DNA of 64,000 nt from Nitrosopumilus sp. (GCA_965204345.1 OZ241981.1:960001-1024000), one strand, 5' to 3'. Counted from the first letter of the stretch, positions 1 through 9,480 are shown. Notes: generated from the letters alone by a model not told the origin. A program made the numbers and translations.

Positions 1-95
1 AAGATGTAATCTCCTGCATTAATTGTTAGCAGTGTTGAGTTAACTGCAACTACTACTATGAACAAGTAGTGTGTACATCGTCTTAACCAGACCAT
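1..95 (-). CDS. amoA: Ammonia monooxygenase subunit A, 5' end (runs off the window)
   Basis: Minus strand from ATG at 95 reads MVWLRRCTHYLFIVVVAVNSTLLTINAGDYI, the archaeal AmoA N-terminus; absent from the ORF track. Confidence 0.97.
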   Translation of the reverse strand, partial: MVWLRRCTHYLFIVVVAVNSTLLTINAGDYI

Positions 96-117
96 ATCAA
101 GATGAAGAAATGGTCAG

Positions 118-126
118 TATATAAAA
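118..126 (-). promoter_or_regulatory. TATA box of amoA (probably a leaderless transcript)
   Basis: TTTTATATA on the minus strand about 23 nt upstream of the amoA ATG. Confidence 0.6.
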
Positions 127-201
127 TTTTAGAGTGTGATGAAGATCGTCTATTCTACTTAAAAAGGAAAATGAAAAAGGAGTGTCTGAAGGGGTTTCCT
201 T

Positions 202-564
202 CTAGTTACCAACGAATAGTGAGACGAATATCACGAATACTACCGATGCAGCAATACTGCCAGCAACGATACCATTGCTGTTCTTGTTGGAACCTTCTTC
301 CATGACTTTAACACAGAAGATGTAACCTATTGCCTCAATGATTGCAAGTACGATGAATGCAAAGTGGCCACTTGGAGTTGGATATGCCCATGGATAATAA
401 AAATATCCTGCTGCAGTACCGCCAAAAGTAGCTAATAATGCTGCCCAATATGAAATAGTAATCATACCAGTCATATTTTCAACGCGTCGTCCAATCATTC
501 GTTCTACGTCAGCGCTAGATGATCCACCGCCACCGCCAGAACCGAATCCTTTAGGAAGAGTCAT
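202..564 (-). CDS. amoX: Ammonia monooxygenase subunit X
   Basis: MTLPKGFGSGGGGG...DVERMIGRRVENMTG with TM helices; directly upstream of amoA. Confidence 0.93.
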   Translation of the reverse strand: MTLPKGFGSGGGGGSSSADVERMIGRRVENMTGMITISYWAALLATFGGTAAGYFYYPWAYPTPSGHFAFIVLAIIEAIGYIFCVKVMEEGSNKNSNGIVAGSIAASVVFVIFVSLFVGN

Positions 565-713
565 TATGGAATTATTCTAATTCAGAATCCTTTTAAGTCT
601 TTCTTAAGCTGGTTCTGTCGGATTATTAAGATCTGAGAAGAATTCCCCTTTAAAGTGCGATCTACTCTGAGTCAAATTTTCTTCAAATTAACTGGATTTG
701 CCCCTGCCGAATT

Positions 714-883
714 TCATGCCTTTTTTTCTAGGAGTGCCTTTAATTCAAACATTGTGAGTTTCTTGCCTTTTTGCCTGTTGCAGTTGCCACATAACAACTG
801 GAGGTTATTATCATCATCCAGACCTCCCTTGCCTTTGGTATCATATAATCAACCTCATATTCCTTAAGGATTCTATAACGCAT
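714..883 (-). pseudogene. HNH endonuclease remnant (frameshifted)
   Basis: Correcting a 1-nt frameshift near 830 gives MRYRILKEYEVDYMIPK(A)KGGLDDDNNLQLLCGNCNRQKGKKLTMFELKALLEKKA*, which fits DHxxPxxxGG...NLxxLCxxCNxxK with His replaced by Tyr. Confidence 0.75.
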
Positions 884-1028
884 GGTTAAAACAAGAAAGA
901 CGATAAAGAATACTAAAATCATAAGCTCAAAGAAGCCAATGATGAAACTTAGAGAGAGTCTGTTATTCCATGTTTTTGAATTTTCAACCAATATTTTCCA
1001 TATTAGTTTTTGAGATGTCCGCATGAAT

Positions 1029-1053
1029 TCTCTTGTACGAAAATTATGTCCGC
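1029..1053 (+). mobile_element. Orphan IS481 terminal inverted repeat
   Basis: TCTCTTGTACGAAAATTATGTCCGC is 24/25 identical to the IS481 left end at 40903-40927. Confidence 0.75.
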
Positions 1054-1059
1054 ATGAAT

Positions 1060-1453
1060 CCACGACAGCAGAGGGCAAACCACATGATGTAGACCAAGGA
1101 TCATTGCTCACAGATAACCAGCATAATTTTTCAATCAGATCACAGACAAATCCAGAGAGCAGATACACGGTATCCAATACTGGCAATGGTCTAATCGGTC
1201 AGTGCAGGGATCACATCACAAGAAAGGAGGACACAATTACATCAAAATCGTATTGGAAATTATCAAAAACAACCATGCAGAAGAGACAGCACGTTACGAT
1301 TATGAAGCACTCAAAACTTGAACTATGCAATATTGTGATTCAGGCAAGATTATCAACAAAGGAACCAGAAAAAACAAATCTGAAAATGTCCGGATTTACA
1401 AGTGTCTAGACTGCAAAAGGAGATTTTCTTCAAAATTAGGTTTGAATGAATAA
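1060..1453 (+). pseudogene. N-terminal remnant of a SWIM-finger/zinc-ribbon DDE transposase (IS6-like, thaumarchaeal type)
   Basis: IRSQTNPESRYTVSNTGNGLIGQCRDHITRK (decayed SWIM), then after a frameshift at ~1329 C-x-YCDSGKIINKGTRKNKSENVRIYKCLDCKRRFS; no DDE domain remains. Confidence 0.65.
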
Positions 1454-1592
1454 AACTTACTGTACAAGGAAAATTCAATTTGGAGGGCTTTCAGATCTCG
1501 ATAAATCCTGCATATTCTTAAGCTGAGAAACCACGTACATCTATGGCTTTGAGAAAGATAATAAAAGAAAAAAATGTGCTTGTGCACTTTTT

Positions 1593-2156
1593 CTAAGGAA
1601 TTGATCTGCTGTACAATTTGCCTTCTAAGGCCATCTTGTACATCTCTGCAACGTATGGATTCTCACCAGGAGTTTCTGCGCCTAATTCTACGAGTCGAGC
1701 ATATACTCTGACTACGTATGCAAGTGCACCCATGAAAGCCACTACGACTCCCATGTTAAACATCCAGTGGTTTGGAACTGCGAAAATTTCTTCCACAAAC
1801 CAAAAGTGCCACATCTCATTGACTCCAATTGTGAACATGGTTGCAAGGTAACCAAGAATGGTCATCTTCAATCCAGTGTTCATTGAATTATTTGGACCTC
1901 TAAGAACTGGAACTTTTCTATCATAGATTGCTGCTGCACCCCATCCAAGTGGTAATGCAACAAAGTGGGAATATAACCACCAGTGTGCTGGTGTAAAAGC
2001 ACTATCTCTGATAGAGGTCTGATGCAAGGAACCATCAACGAAGTTATCAACTTCGACTGATGCTGCAGTAGAACCCATAGCAATAACGATGAGCCAGATC
2101 TTCTTTAGTCTCTGGATCTCAACTTCTTTTGGGATTAATGCGGGCATCTGTGCCAT
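1593..2156 (-). CDS. amoC: Ammonia monooxygenase subunit C
   Basis: MAQMPALIPKEVEIQRLKK...DGSLHQTSIRDSAFTPAH...NEMWHFWFVEEIFAVPNHW. Confidence 0.99.
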   Translation of the reverse strand: MAQMPALIPKEVEIQRLKKIWLIVIAMGSTAASVEVDNFVDGSLHQTSIRDSAFTPAHWWLYSHFVALPLGWGAAAIYDRKVPVLRGPNNSMNTGLKMTILGYLATMFTIGVNEMWHFWFVEEIFAVPNHWMFNMGVVVAFMGALAYVVRVYARLVELGAETPGENPYVAEMYKMALEGKLYSRSIP

Positions 2157-2408
2157 GTAGTTAATGATGTGAATTCGAAATATAAAGTAAGAGTTTGAGA
2201 AAGAAAGTATATTTACTAATATTTTATATTAATCCAAAAATATTATGTAAATATTATATATAATTTAATTTAAAAGCAAATAAATCAATCATTTTTTTCA
2301 TAGTTTTGATGTTATACACTAATGATTAGCATTGTACAAAGTATCGATCCTCGCCGCTAAGGTAAAACATATAACGACGTGTCTTATTTTCAAAACTTAG
2401 GGATAACT

Positions 2409-2978
2409 ATGGTCGAAAAAAGAATTTTCGTATTTGGACTAGCAGTCGTACTTGCACTAGGAACCCTAGGTTTCAACTGGGTTGAGACCATACTTCCAAC
2501 TGCAGATGCACACGGTGTCCAAGCACAACTCCAGAGTCGTTTCATTAGAATTGAAGATGAAACCTTCAGCAACCAATCCTTACAAACTGGCGATACCTTG
2601 ACACTTAAAGGAACTCTAGTCAGTTTGGTAGAAAGAGACCTTAGAGGATGGCTATCCATTTTCTCAGAGTCAACCAACGCAGGTAACAGATGGGAGATGT
2701 TGGCAAGAGACCCACCAGGAAACGTCTTTGATGTTCCAGGCAACACAGTCATCGATTACTCACTATCAGCCAAAGCACTTGAAGCAGGTGTATACCACGT
2801 ACACACCCAACTCAATGTAGCACAAGTTGGTCCAGGACTTGGTCCAGGTCAAACAGTAGTTGTTGAAGGCGAACCAATTATCAAACCAATTCCATACACT
2901 AACATCGCATATCAATCAATCATTATCGGTGTAGGTTATGTCATTACGTTTGCAACACGACCCTGGCAAGTAATCTAA
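2409..2978 (+). CDS. amoB: Ammonia monooxygenase subunit B
   Basis: Signal peptide, then ADA/HGVQAQLQSRF, YHVHTQ and a C-terminal TM helix; start placed at ATG 2409. Confidence 0.98.
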   Translation: MVEKRIFVFGLAVVLALGTLGFNWVETILPTADAHGVQAQLQSRFIRIEDETFSNQSLQTGDTLTLKGTLVSLVERDLRGWLSIFSESTNAGNRWEMLARDPPGNVFDVPGNTVIDYSLSAKALEAGVYHVHTQLNVAQVGPGLGPGQTVVVEGEPIIKPIPYTNIAYQSIIIGVGYVITFATRPWQVI

Positions 2979-3069
2979 ACAACAATCCAACCTTTTCATT
3001 TTATAGATACAGCCTACGTCTAACGTAAGAAAACCAAGTTTTATCTTTTAGAAGATAGCACTATAAAAT

Positions 3070-3387
3070 ATGCTAAGTTTTAGGATAACAAAATTGGATA
3101 TTTTTCAGAGTTATTTTTTTGGAGAAACCGAATTTCGTTCTGATAAATACAAGGTAAATATTCAAAATGAAAGAAGGGGCAAAGTCCTCAGATTGCCATT
3201 TGCAATAAATCCAAAAACTGAAAAGATTGTTGTAAGAATATCAGGAAAGGAAGAAGAATTGTTTGTAGAAGATTATCTTCCATACAAGGGGGAATCAGAA
3301 TGGCTTGAGATTGACTCTGATGAAATAACCTACTTTTTGGCAGATCATCAGGATCAATGCGATATGATTGAGATCATGCTAGAGTAA
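3070..3387 (+). CDS. Conserved hypothetical protein
   Basis: Intact 105-aa ORF downstream of amoB. Confidence 0.7.
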   Translation: MLSFRITKLDIFQSYFFGETEFRSDKYKVNIQNERRGKVLRLPFAINPKTEKIVVRISGKEEELFVEDYLPYKGESEWLEIDSDEITYFLADHQDQCDMIEIMLE

Positions 3388-3427
3388 GAGAGAAAGGACT
3401 TTAAGGAATCCGCTCAGAGTCATCACG

Positions 3428-3961
3428 ATGAAGTATCCTGGAATGGGAGATCCTTACAAAAGGAAAAAAACTATCAAGTTCCTAGCAATTACCGCAGTAA
3501 TTGCAATCTCTGTAGGACTAACCAGCAGCGTACTCCAAGGTCAATTCAGTCAAAATGATCCTCTCAAGGTTTGTATCAATGACAGAGATACGCCCTACAA
3601 AATGACAGTTACTCTAGAATTAATTATTGATGGCCTGCCAACTCCAATTCCTGCCAACATCCATTCAGGGCTAGGGGATGATCAATGTCAAAGAGCAATG
3701 TATACTCTGACAGATGATGGTACTATTCACATTGAATGGGAGGAAGAATATCCATGGCAAATTGGCCACTTTTTGTGGATGTGGGATTTTCCACTAAGGG
3801 ACATGAATCAGGACAAATCAACAATCTATGTTAATGATAAAGAGTCATCTCATTTTATCAATCATCCATTACAGGATGGATATCACTACAAGGGAGTATT
3901 CACTACAAAGGATTATGACTCTTCAAAGGATTCAGACTTTCTTCCAGAACTAGAAAAATAG
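3428..3961 (+). CDS. Membrane-anchored hypothetical protein with a His/Cys-containing external domain
   Basis: N-terminal TM helix; two Cys; GTIHIE motif. Confidence 0.75.
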   Translation: MKYPGMGDPYKRKKTIKFLAITAVIAISVGLTSSVLQGQFSQNDPLKVCINDRDTPYKMTVTLELIIDGLPTPIPANIHSGLGDDQCQRAMYTLTDDGTIHIEWEEEYPWQIGHFLWMWDFPLRDMNQDKSTIYVNDKESSHFINHPLQDGYHYKGVFTTKDYDSSKDSDFLPELEK

Positions 3962-4053
3962 CAACTGCCAGATAGGCAAAAAGCAAGACTTGCACAGATC
4001 TTGTGGTTCTCACAGAGATATCAAAAATAATGAAAAGATGTAAGTTGGTAATT

Positions 4054-4323
4054 TTACCAGTATTTACCGTTGTCTGGAATAAGACCGATACCTTCTCTCT
4101 CAAAGTGTCTGTCTAATTCATCAACCCATCTCTCACGGTTGTCTTTGTAAGCCCATCCGTGTACACGCAACCAGAATGAGATAATTCCAAGAAGGAATAT
4201 TGTGAACATAATGGTTCCGAAGATGTAAATCATTACATCGTAAAATAATGGATCATAGTTTGGTCCTAGTTGTCCTGTAATTGTAGACAGGATGCTTAGG
4301 AAAGTACCTACGATAGGAATCAT
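4054..4323 (-). CDS. amoY: Small membrane protein, candidate accessory AMO subunit (AmoY-like)
   Basis: 89 aa with a TM helix; lies between amoB and rps15, where the amoY/amoZ pair is recalled to sit in AOA; Y versus Z assignment is uncertain. Confidence 0.5.
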   Translation of the reverse strand: MIPIVGTFLSILSTITGQLGPNYDPLFYDVMIYIFGTIMFTIFLLGIISFWLRVHGWAYKDNRERWVDELDRHFEREGIGLIPDNGKYW

Positions 4324-4464
4324 AATAATTTGGCTCTATTTGTGCGATATATACATTTCTTTTAGTATCAGAAGGCATGAGATCAGCATACGCCAAGGAT
4401 ATGAGAGAACTGGCCTAGCATCCGCTAAGAGATGATAATAAAATAAGAGAAAAGTGAGGTTTTT

Positions 4465-4797
4465 TTATCCTCTGCCCATTGCTGCGTATTTGCCAGATCT
4501 TCCTCTAATGAAGAAGGCTCCTGCAATACCACCAAACACTGCACCTGCAATAACTGCTGCACCAACTACACCATCTGCACCAAGATATGGAGTTCCTGAA
4601 CCAGCGGCTGGATTGTCTCTAGCTGCTTCGGTTCTTGCTGCTTGAAGTGCAAGTGCTTCCTCTAAGGTGTATTTTCCAGTTTGTCCTTCATCACCGACGT
4701 TACCCAGATATGTTGCAAATGCTACTGCACTTTCTGCATAAAGTCCAACGGTGAAGACAGCGATTAAGGATGCTGCTAATAGTATTTTTGTATTCAT
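4465..4797 (-). CDS. amoZ: Signal-peptide/C-terminal TM protein, candidate accessory AMO subunit (AmoZ-like)
   Basis: Signal peptide, helical segment, PAAGSGTPYL, Gly/Ala-rich TM, GKYAAMGRG tail; divergent from rps15. Confidence 0.55.
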   Translation of the reverse strand: MNTKILLAASLIAVFTVGLYAESAVAFATYLGNVGDEGQTGKYTLEEALALQAARTEAARDNPAAGSGTPYLGADGVVGAAVIAGAVFGGIAGAFFIRGRSGKYAAMGRG

Positions 4798-4921
4798 GTC
4801 GTTTACCTGCTCACTTTGATGCTAGAGACTTATTTAACTTTTATTCTGAACTCCGAATTTCGATACAATGTACGAGATCAGTATAAGTAACGTTTAATTC
4901 TGCTTTATGGTGAGCCAAACC

Positions 4922-5371
4922 ATGGGACGAATGCACACACACAGGCATGGAAAATCACATTCAATCAGACCAGCTACACTACGTGCACCTTCGTGGATTA
5001 CACAGAGTCCGGCAGAAATTGAGGAATTAATCATAAAATATTCTAAAGAGGGCTTGACGCCTAGTCAGATAGGAATTAAACTAAGGGATCAACATTCAAT
5101 TCCTTTAATCAAGCCCATAACGAGAAAAAGCATGGGTCAAATTTTAGAGGAAAATGACTTAAAGGCAGAAATGCCTGAAGACCTTGAGAACATTGTTAGA
5201 AAAGCAGTAGGCCTTCAAAAGCATCTCAAAGCAAACAAAGGGGACAACAGAAACGTTAGATCCTTAGAGCTGATTGAGGCCAAAGTCCACAGACTGTCAG
5301 TATACTACAAAAGGATTGGAAGGATCTCCAAGACATGGAAGTATAAATCTGTGGTTGCCCAACTAGAGTAA
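4922..5371 (+). CDS. rps15: 30S ribosomal protein S15 (uS15)
   Basis: MGRMHTHRHGKSHS...PSQIGIKLRD...LIEAKVHRLSVYYK. Confidence 0.97.
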   Translation: MGRMHTHRHGKSHSIRPATLRAPSWITQSPAEIEELIIKYSKEGLTPSQIGIKLRDQHSIPLIKPITRKSMGQILEENDLKAEMPEDLENIVRKAVGLQKHLKANKGDNRNVRSLELIEAKVHRLSVYYKRIGRISKTWKYKSVVAQLE

Positions 5372-5373
5372 TA

Positions 5374-6795
5374 ATGGCAAAATCGCTAGATGAATCACTC
5401 TCGTTTTTCAAAGATAAAATCTCAGACTGTATAAAGTCAAAAAAATCTATTTCGGTTACAACACATATTGATTGTGACGGACTTACATCTGGCAGTATAA
5501 TCACCAAGGCCCTAATCAGGGCAGGAGCTAACTGTACGGTTAGGACATCAAAAGAGTTTAGTAAAAATATCATAGAATCCTTCAAGGCAGATTCCAGAGA
5601 TTTTCATCTCATAACTGATTTGGGGGGAGGCTTTGCAAAAGAGCTGGACAGTTCTCTAGGAGACAACTGGATTGTCTTAGATCACCATCAGATCCCAGAT
5701 GAAGAGATAGAGAATCAAAATGTCATAAACTCATGGAAATACGGGATTGATGGAGGGGCAGATATCTGTGCAGGTGGAATGGCATACCTTGCATCAACTG
5801 CATTGGATGAAAAAAATTCAGACCTGGCTGCAGTTGCTGTTGTCTCTGCATTAGGAGACAGGCAGGACCAGGGGGAAAGAAAGTCATTTACAGGTAAAAA
5901 TTTTGAGATTGCCAGTATTGCCAGAGAGCAAGGACTGGTGGATATTGACTTGGATTTGTTGCTGGTAGGAAGAGAGACAAGGCCTCTAGTAGATGCCTTG
6001 GCATTTACATCACAGCCATTTATTGAAGGATTGACATGGAATAGGGATACTTGTCTTTCGCTCCTAAATTCGTCTGGAATTAAGCTAAAAGAAGAGGGAA
6101 GATGGAGAGTGCCAGCTGAGCTAGATGAGGAGGAGAAGAGGCAGGTGATTGAGGCCATTGCAAAATTTGCTGCTGGAAAAAGCGCCACTGAAATAATGTC
6201 AGAACTGATTGGATATACCTACACATTTCCCAGAGAAGACAGCAGAAGTTTCTTGAGGGATGGAAGGGAGTTTTCAACCATGCTAAACTCATGCGGTAGA
6301 ATCAATCGCTCAGGGGTGGGCATGGCAGTCTGCATGGGTGATAGAAACAAGATTCTAAGAGAAGCTGAAACTATTCTAACAGATTACAGAAAAATGATCA
6401 GAGAATACATGAATATTTTATCAAATGAAAGGTGGAGGATTTCAGAGAGTGAGACATGCGTTATGGTCAATGGGGAAGACATTGTTCCTGAAACGATGAC
6501 TGGAACCATTTCATCACTGATAGCAGGCTCTCCTAAGAATTCAGGAAAAATCGTAATATTGAGAACAAAGGCAGAGGAGAACACGATCAAGTTTTCATCA
6601 AGGAAATCATTTGGATGTACGTCAGATATCAATTTGAGCGAGATAATGAGGACTGGCGCTGAGAAGTTTGACGGGATTGGAGGGGGCCATAATGCTGCTG
6701 CCGGAGCAAAAATAACTAAAGACAAATTGGATGAATTTCTTAACTATTTAGAAGCAAATGTCGTTAACGTGCCAGGTTCAAGTGATCCTCAGTAA
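5374..6795 (+). CDS. recJ: RecJ-like DHH/DHHA1 phosphoesterase
   Basis: HIDCDG, TDLG, LDHH and GGGH motifs. Confidence 0.9.
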   Translation: MAKSLDESLSFFKDKISDCIKSKKSISVTTHIDCDGLTSGSIITKALIRAGANCTVRTSKEFSKNIIESFKADSRDFHLITDLGGGFAKELDSSLGDNWIVLDHHQIPDEEIENQNVINSWKYGIDGGADICAGGMAYLASTALDEKNSDLAAVAVVSALGDRQDQGERKSFTGKNFEIASIAREQGLVDIDLDLLLVGRETRPLVDALAFTSQPFIEGLTWNRDTCLSLLNSSGIKLKEEGRWRVPAELDEEEKRQVIEAIAKFAAGKSATEIMSELIGYTYTFPREDSRSFLRDGREFSTMLNSCGRINRSGVGMAVCMGDRNKILREAETILTDYRKMIREYMNILSNERWRISESETCVMVNGEDIVPETMTGTISSLIAGSPKNSGKIVILRTKAEENTIKFSSRKSFGCTSDINLSEIMRTGAEKFDGIGGGHNAAAGAKITKDKLDEFLNYLEANVVNVPGSSDPQ

Positions 6796-7000
6796 CATAT
6801 CTGATGAAAAGGCTGAGGCGGTCAAAAAAGCCCTAGAGCCAGATAATGTAGATTTTCCAGAAGGATTGAGTCTTTGTGTTGAAAATATTGATAACAAACT
6901 AGTTTTTAATTTTAAAAGTAAAAGGAATATGAGGCAGCTTACCAGTACAGTTGATGAAGTGCTAGAACACATCCAAGTCGCATTAAAGGTGATTGAGTAA
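6758..7000 (+). CDS. pcc1: KEOPS complex subunit Pcc1
   Basis: ALEPDN motif, 80 aa, conserved recJ-pcc1-serS order. Confidence 0.8.
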   Translation: MSLTCQVQVILSNISDEKAEAVKKALEPDNVDFPEGLSLCVENIDNKLVFNFKSKRNMRQLTSTVDEVLEHIQVALKVIE

Positions 7001-8268
7001 TGCTGGATCCAAAACTAATCAAGGAAAAGCCACAGGTTATTCAAGATATGCTCAAAGCAAGGGGGGCAGTTGACTTTGATTTGGATGCGCTAGTCAAGCA
7101 TGACCAAAAACGGCGAGAGTTTATCCTCAAGACAGACGAATTGCGAAAAAGGAAAAATCAGGTCGCATTAGAGATTGCCCAAAAAAAGAGATCAGGCAAG
7201 GATGCTTCGTCAATTTTGTCAGAAATGAAGAATGTTTCATCTGAGCTTACAAGATTAGAATCAGAGCAGGCCAGTATCCAAGGCGCATATTCCAGACTGG
7301 CATCAACGATACCGAATCTCATTGACAAATCAGTTCCCGTAGGAGCAGATGAGAGCGCAAACAAGGAGATAAAAAGATGGGGAGACGTGCCAAATTTTGA
7401 TTTTAAGATTAATGACCATATTGATATTTCAGAGAATCTGGGCCTGGTTGATTTGGAAAGGGCTGCAAAAGTGGCAGGTTCCAGATTTTATTACTTGAGG
7501 GATGATCTTGTGAGATTGAACCAGTCATTAATCCACTACGGACTGGATTTTCTTGCAAAAAAAGGATATTCCCTTGTTCAGCCTCCGTACATGATCAATC
7601 GGGAGTCGATGGAGGGGGCAGTAATTGCAGATGACTTTGAGGAGGTCATCTACAAGGTTGAAGACGAGGATCTATACATGATTGGAACATCTGAGCATGC
7701 AATGGCAGCAATGAGGGCAAAAGAGATTCTGGATGGAAAGGACCTGCCTTTACGGTACGCAGGGATTAGCCCATGTTTTAGGAAAGAAGCAGGTGCGCAT
7801 GGGAGGGATCAAAAGGGAATTTTCAGGGTCCATCAGTTTGATAAAATTGAACAATTTGTATTTTCAAGACCTGAGGATTCCTGGAAGGAGCACGAAAAAA
7901 TGCTATCAGCTGCTGAAGAATTTTACCAAAATTTGGAAATACCCCACAGGGTTATGCTGCTATCAACTGGAGACATGGGGAAAATTTCGGCAAAAACATA
8001 CGATATTGAGGCATGGATGGCAGGACAGAACGCTTACCGAGAGATTGTTTCATGCTCAAACTGCCTGGAATATCAAGCAAGAAGGCTAAAGATTAGGTTT
8101 AGAGACAAAACAAATGAGGCCACCCAGTATGTACACACACTAAACAGTACCCTGATAGCGACAACAAGAGTTCTAGTATCAATTATGGAGAATTTTCAAA
8201 CCAAGGACGGACACGTCAAAATTCCCAGCGTTTTACAGAGTTACATGGGAAATCAGAAAGAGCTCTAG
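7000..8268 (+). CDS. serS: Serine--tRNA ligase
   Basis: N-terminal coiled coil; GTSE, FRKEAG...RVHQFDKIE, EIVSCSNC, HTLNST. Confidence 0.98.
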   Translation: MLDPKLIKEKPQVIQDMLKARGAVDFDLDALVKHDQKRREFILKTDELRKRKNQVALEIAQKKRSGKDASSILSEMKNVSSELTRLESEQASIQGAYSRLASTIPNLIDKSVPVGADESANKEIKRWGDVPNFDFKINDHIDISENLGLVDLERAAKVAGSRFYYLRDDLVRLNQSLIHYGLDFLAKKGYSLVQPPYMINRESMEGAVIADDFEEVIYKVEDEDLYMIGTSEHAMAAMRAKEILDGKDLPLRYAGISPCFRKEAGAHGRDQKGIFRVHQFDKIEQFVFSRPEDSWKEHEKMLSAAEEFYQNLEIPHRVMLLSTGDMGKISAKTYDIEAWMAGQNAYREIVSCSNCLEYQARRLKIRFRDKTNEATQYVHTLNSTLIATTRVLVSIMENFQTKDGHVKIPSVLQSYMGNQKEL

Positions 8269-8308
8269 TGATATACCCTTATATTTTGGGTTCAAAGGTC
8301 GTTAATAA

Positions 8309-8920
8309 TTGGCACGTAGAAAAGGTCGTATTAAGGACAAGTGGAGAGATAAGCGCTGGGTTACAGTTCAAGCACCAGACTCGTTTAACAATGTTGCAAT
8401 CGCATACGTCCCAATCACAGATGATGAAAATGCAAAGGGCAGGGTCTTGGAAGTTACACTGTATGATATTTTAAAAGGGGATCCCTCACAACACCAATAC
8501 AAAATCTATTTTCAGATTAACAAAGTTGAGGGCGACATTGCATCGACAATTTTCAAGAGATACGAGTACTCAAAGGAATTTTTGCGCAGTCTGGTCAGGC
8601 GCGGTTCATCAAAAATTAATTTCATCATAGACATCAAAACAAGAGACGGATATATCTTCAGGATTAAGCTGCTTGCACTAACCCACAGGCAGTTAAACAC
8701 ATCCAGACAACACGCACTGAGACTAATTGCCAGGGATGTAATTAATAAGACAATTCCAGAAATGAGCATTGATCAGTTTGTTCAAGCAACATGTTATAGC
8801 AAAATCAATTCAGACATAATGGCAGCATTCAAAAAGGTAATCAGAGTCAGGCACGTAGGCCTGGAGAAAGTAAAACTCATCAGAACAGCAGACAAAGAGA
8901 CAAAATTACTAGAAGCATAG
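8309..8920 (+). CDS. rps3ae: 30S ribosomal protein S3Ae (eS1)
   Basis: KDKWRDKRWVTVQAP...GRVLEVTLYD...LRSLVRR. Confidence 0.95.
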   Translation: MARRKGRIKDKWRDKRWVTVQAPDSFNNVAIAYVPITDDENAKGRVLEVTLYDILKGDPSQHQYKIYFQINKVEGDIASTIFKRYEYSKEFLRSLVRRGSSKINFIIDIKTRDGYIFRIKLLALTHRQLNTSRQHALRLIARDVINKTIPEMSIDQFVQATCYSKINSDIMAAFKKVIRVRHVGLEKVKLIRTADKETKLLEA

Positions 8921-8951
8921 CCAACAACAAAGAGATTATTCTTTTGCAATT

Positions 8952-9386
8952 ATGACGGCAAATAAGATTGAAATTTCAATTGACGTCATTGTTCATGCAA
9001 CTGAGGACATTTCAAAAATTTTTCAGTCTTTTGAAGAGTCTTTAGAGATTCGCCAGGATGATTTTGCCATCAAAGAGACAAGGGGACACTATGATAATCC
9101 AATAATTATGCTAAACGCAAGTATTGAAAAAAAGCAGGCCCAAGATTTTATGGGCAGGCTGCTTGAGTTTTTTTCAGCCAAGCAAACAAGCAGGCTAGTT
9201 GAAGAAATCGAAGAAAGGACAGAAAATTCCAGATTTCACTTAAGATTAAGCAAACAGGAGCTCATCAAAGGAAATTTGGTAGTTGAGGAAAAGGGCACAA
9301 TAAAAATAAAGATACACACGCCAATCTACAACAAAAAAGAGACCGTCAAAAAACTCTCTGAAATTTTTCATTGTCAACTAGATTAA
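8952..9386 (+). CDS. DUF54-family RNA-binding protein
   Basis: VHATED, GHYDNPI and HLRLSKQ motifs. Confidence 0.8.
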   Translation: MTANKIEISIDVIVHATEDISKIFQSFEESLEIRQDDFAIKETRGHYDNPIIMLNASIEKKQAQDFMGRLLEFFSAKQTSRLVEEIEERTENSRFHLRLSKQELIKGNLVVEEKGTIKIKIHTPIYNKKETVKKLSEIFHCQLD

Positions 9387-9410
9387 ATAGGAACAAAACT
9401 AGCATAATTT

Positions 9411-9480
9411 GGGAATGAGGAAATAACAGCCGCTCCAGTCTGAGCCAAAGCCTTGAAGACGCCGCGACGAACCGACCCCT
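9411..9480 (+). ncRNA. Candidate C/D-box guide sRNA
   Basis: GGGA-ATGAGGA(C)-guide-CTGA(D')-TTGAAGA(C')-guide-CCGA(D)-CCCC; GC-rich within an AT-rich spacer; TTAAATA about 27 nt upstream. Confidence 0.6.

Noticed and set aside
740-1186. 148-aa minus-strand ORF as a real membrane protein
   Set aside because: It is a chimera of antisense transposase sequence, an IS end and the first part of the frameshifted HNH relic
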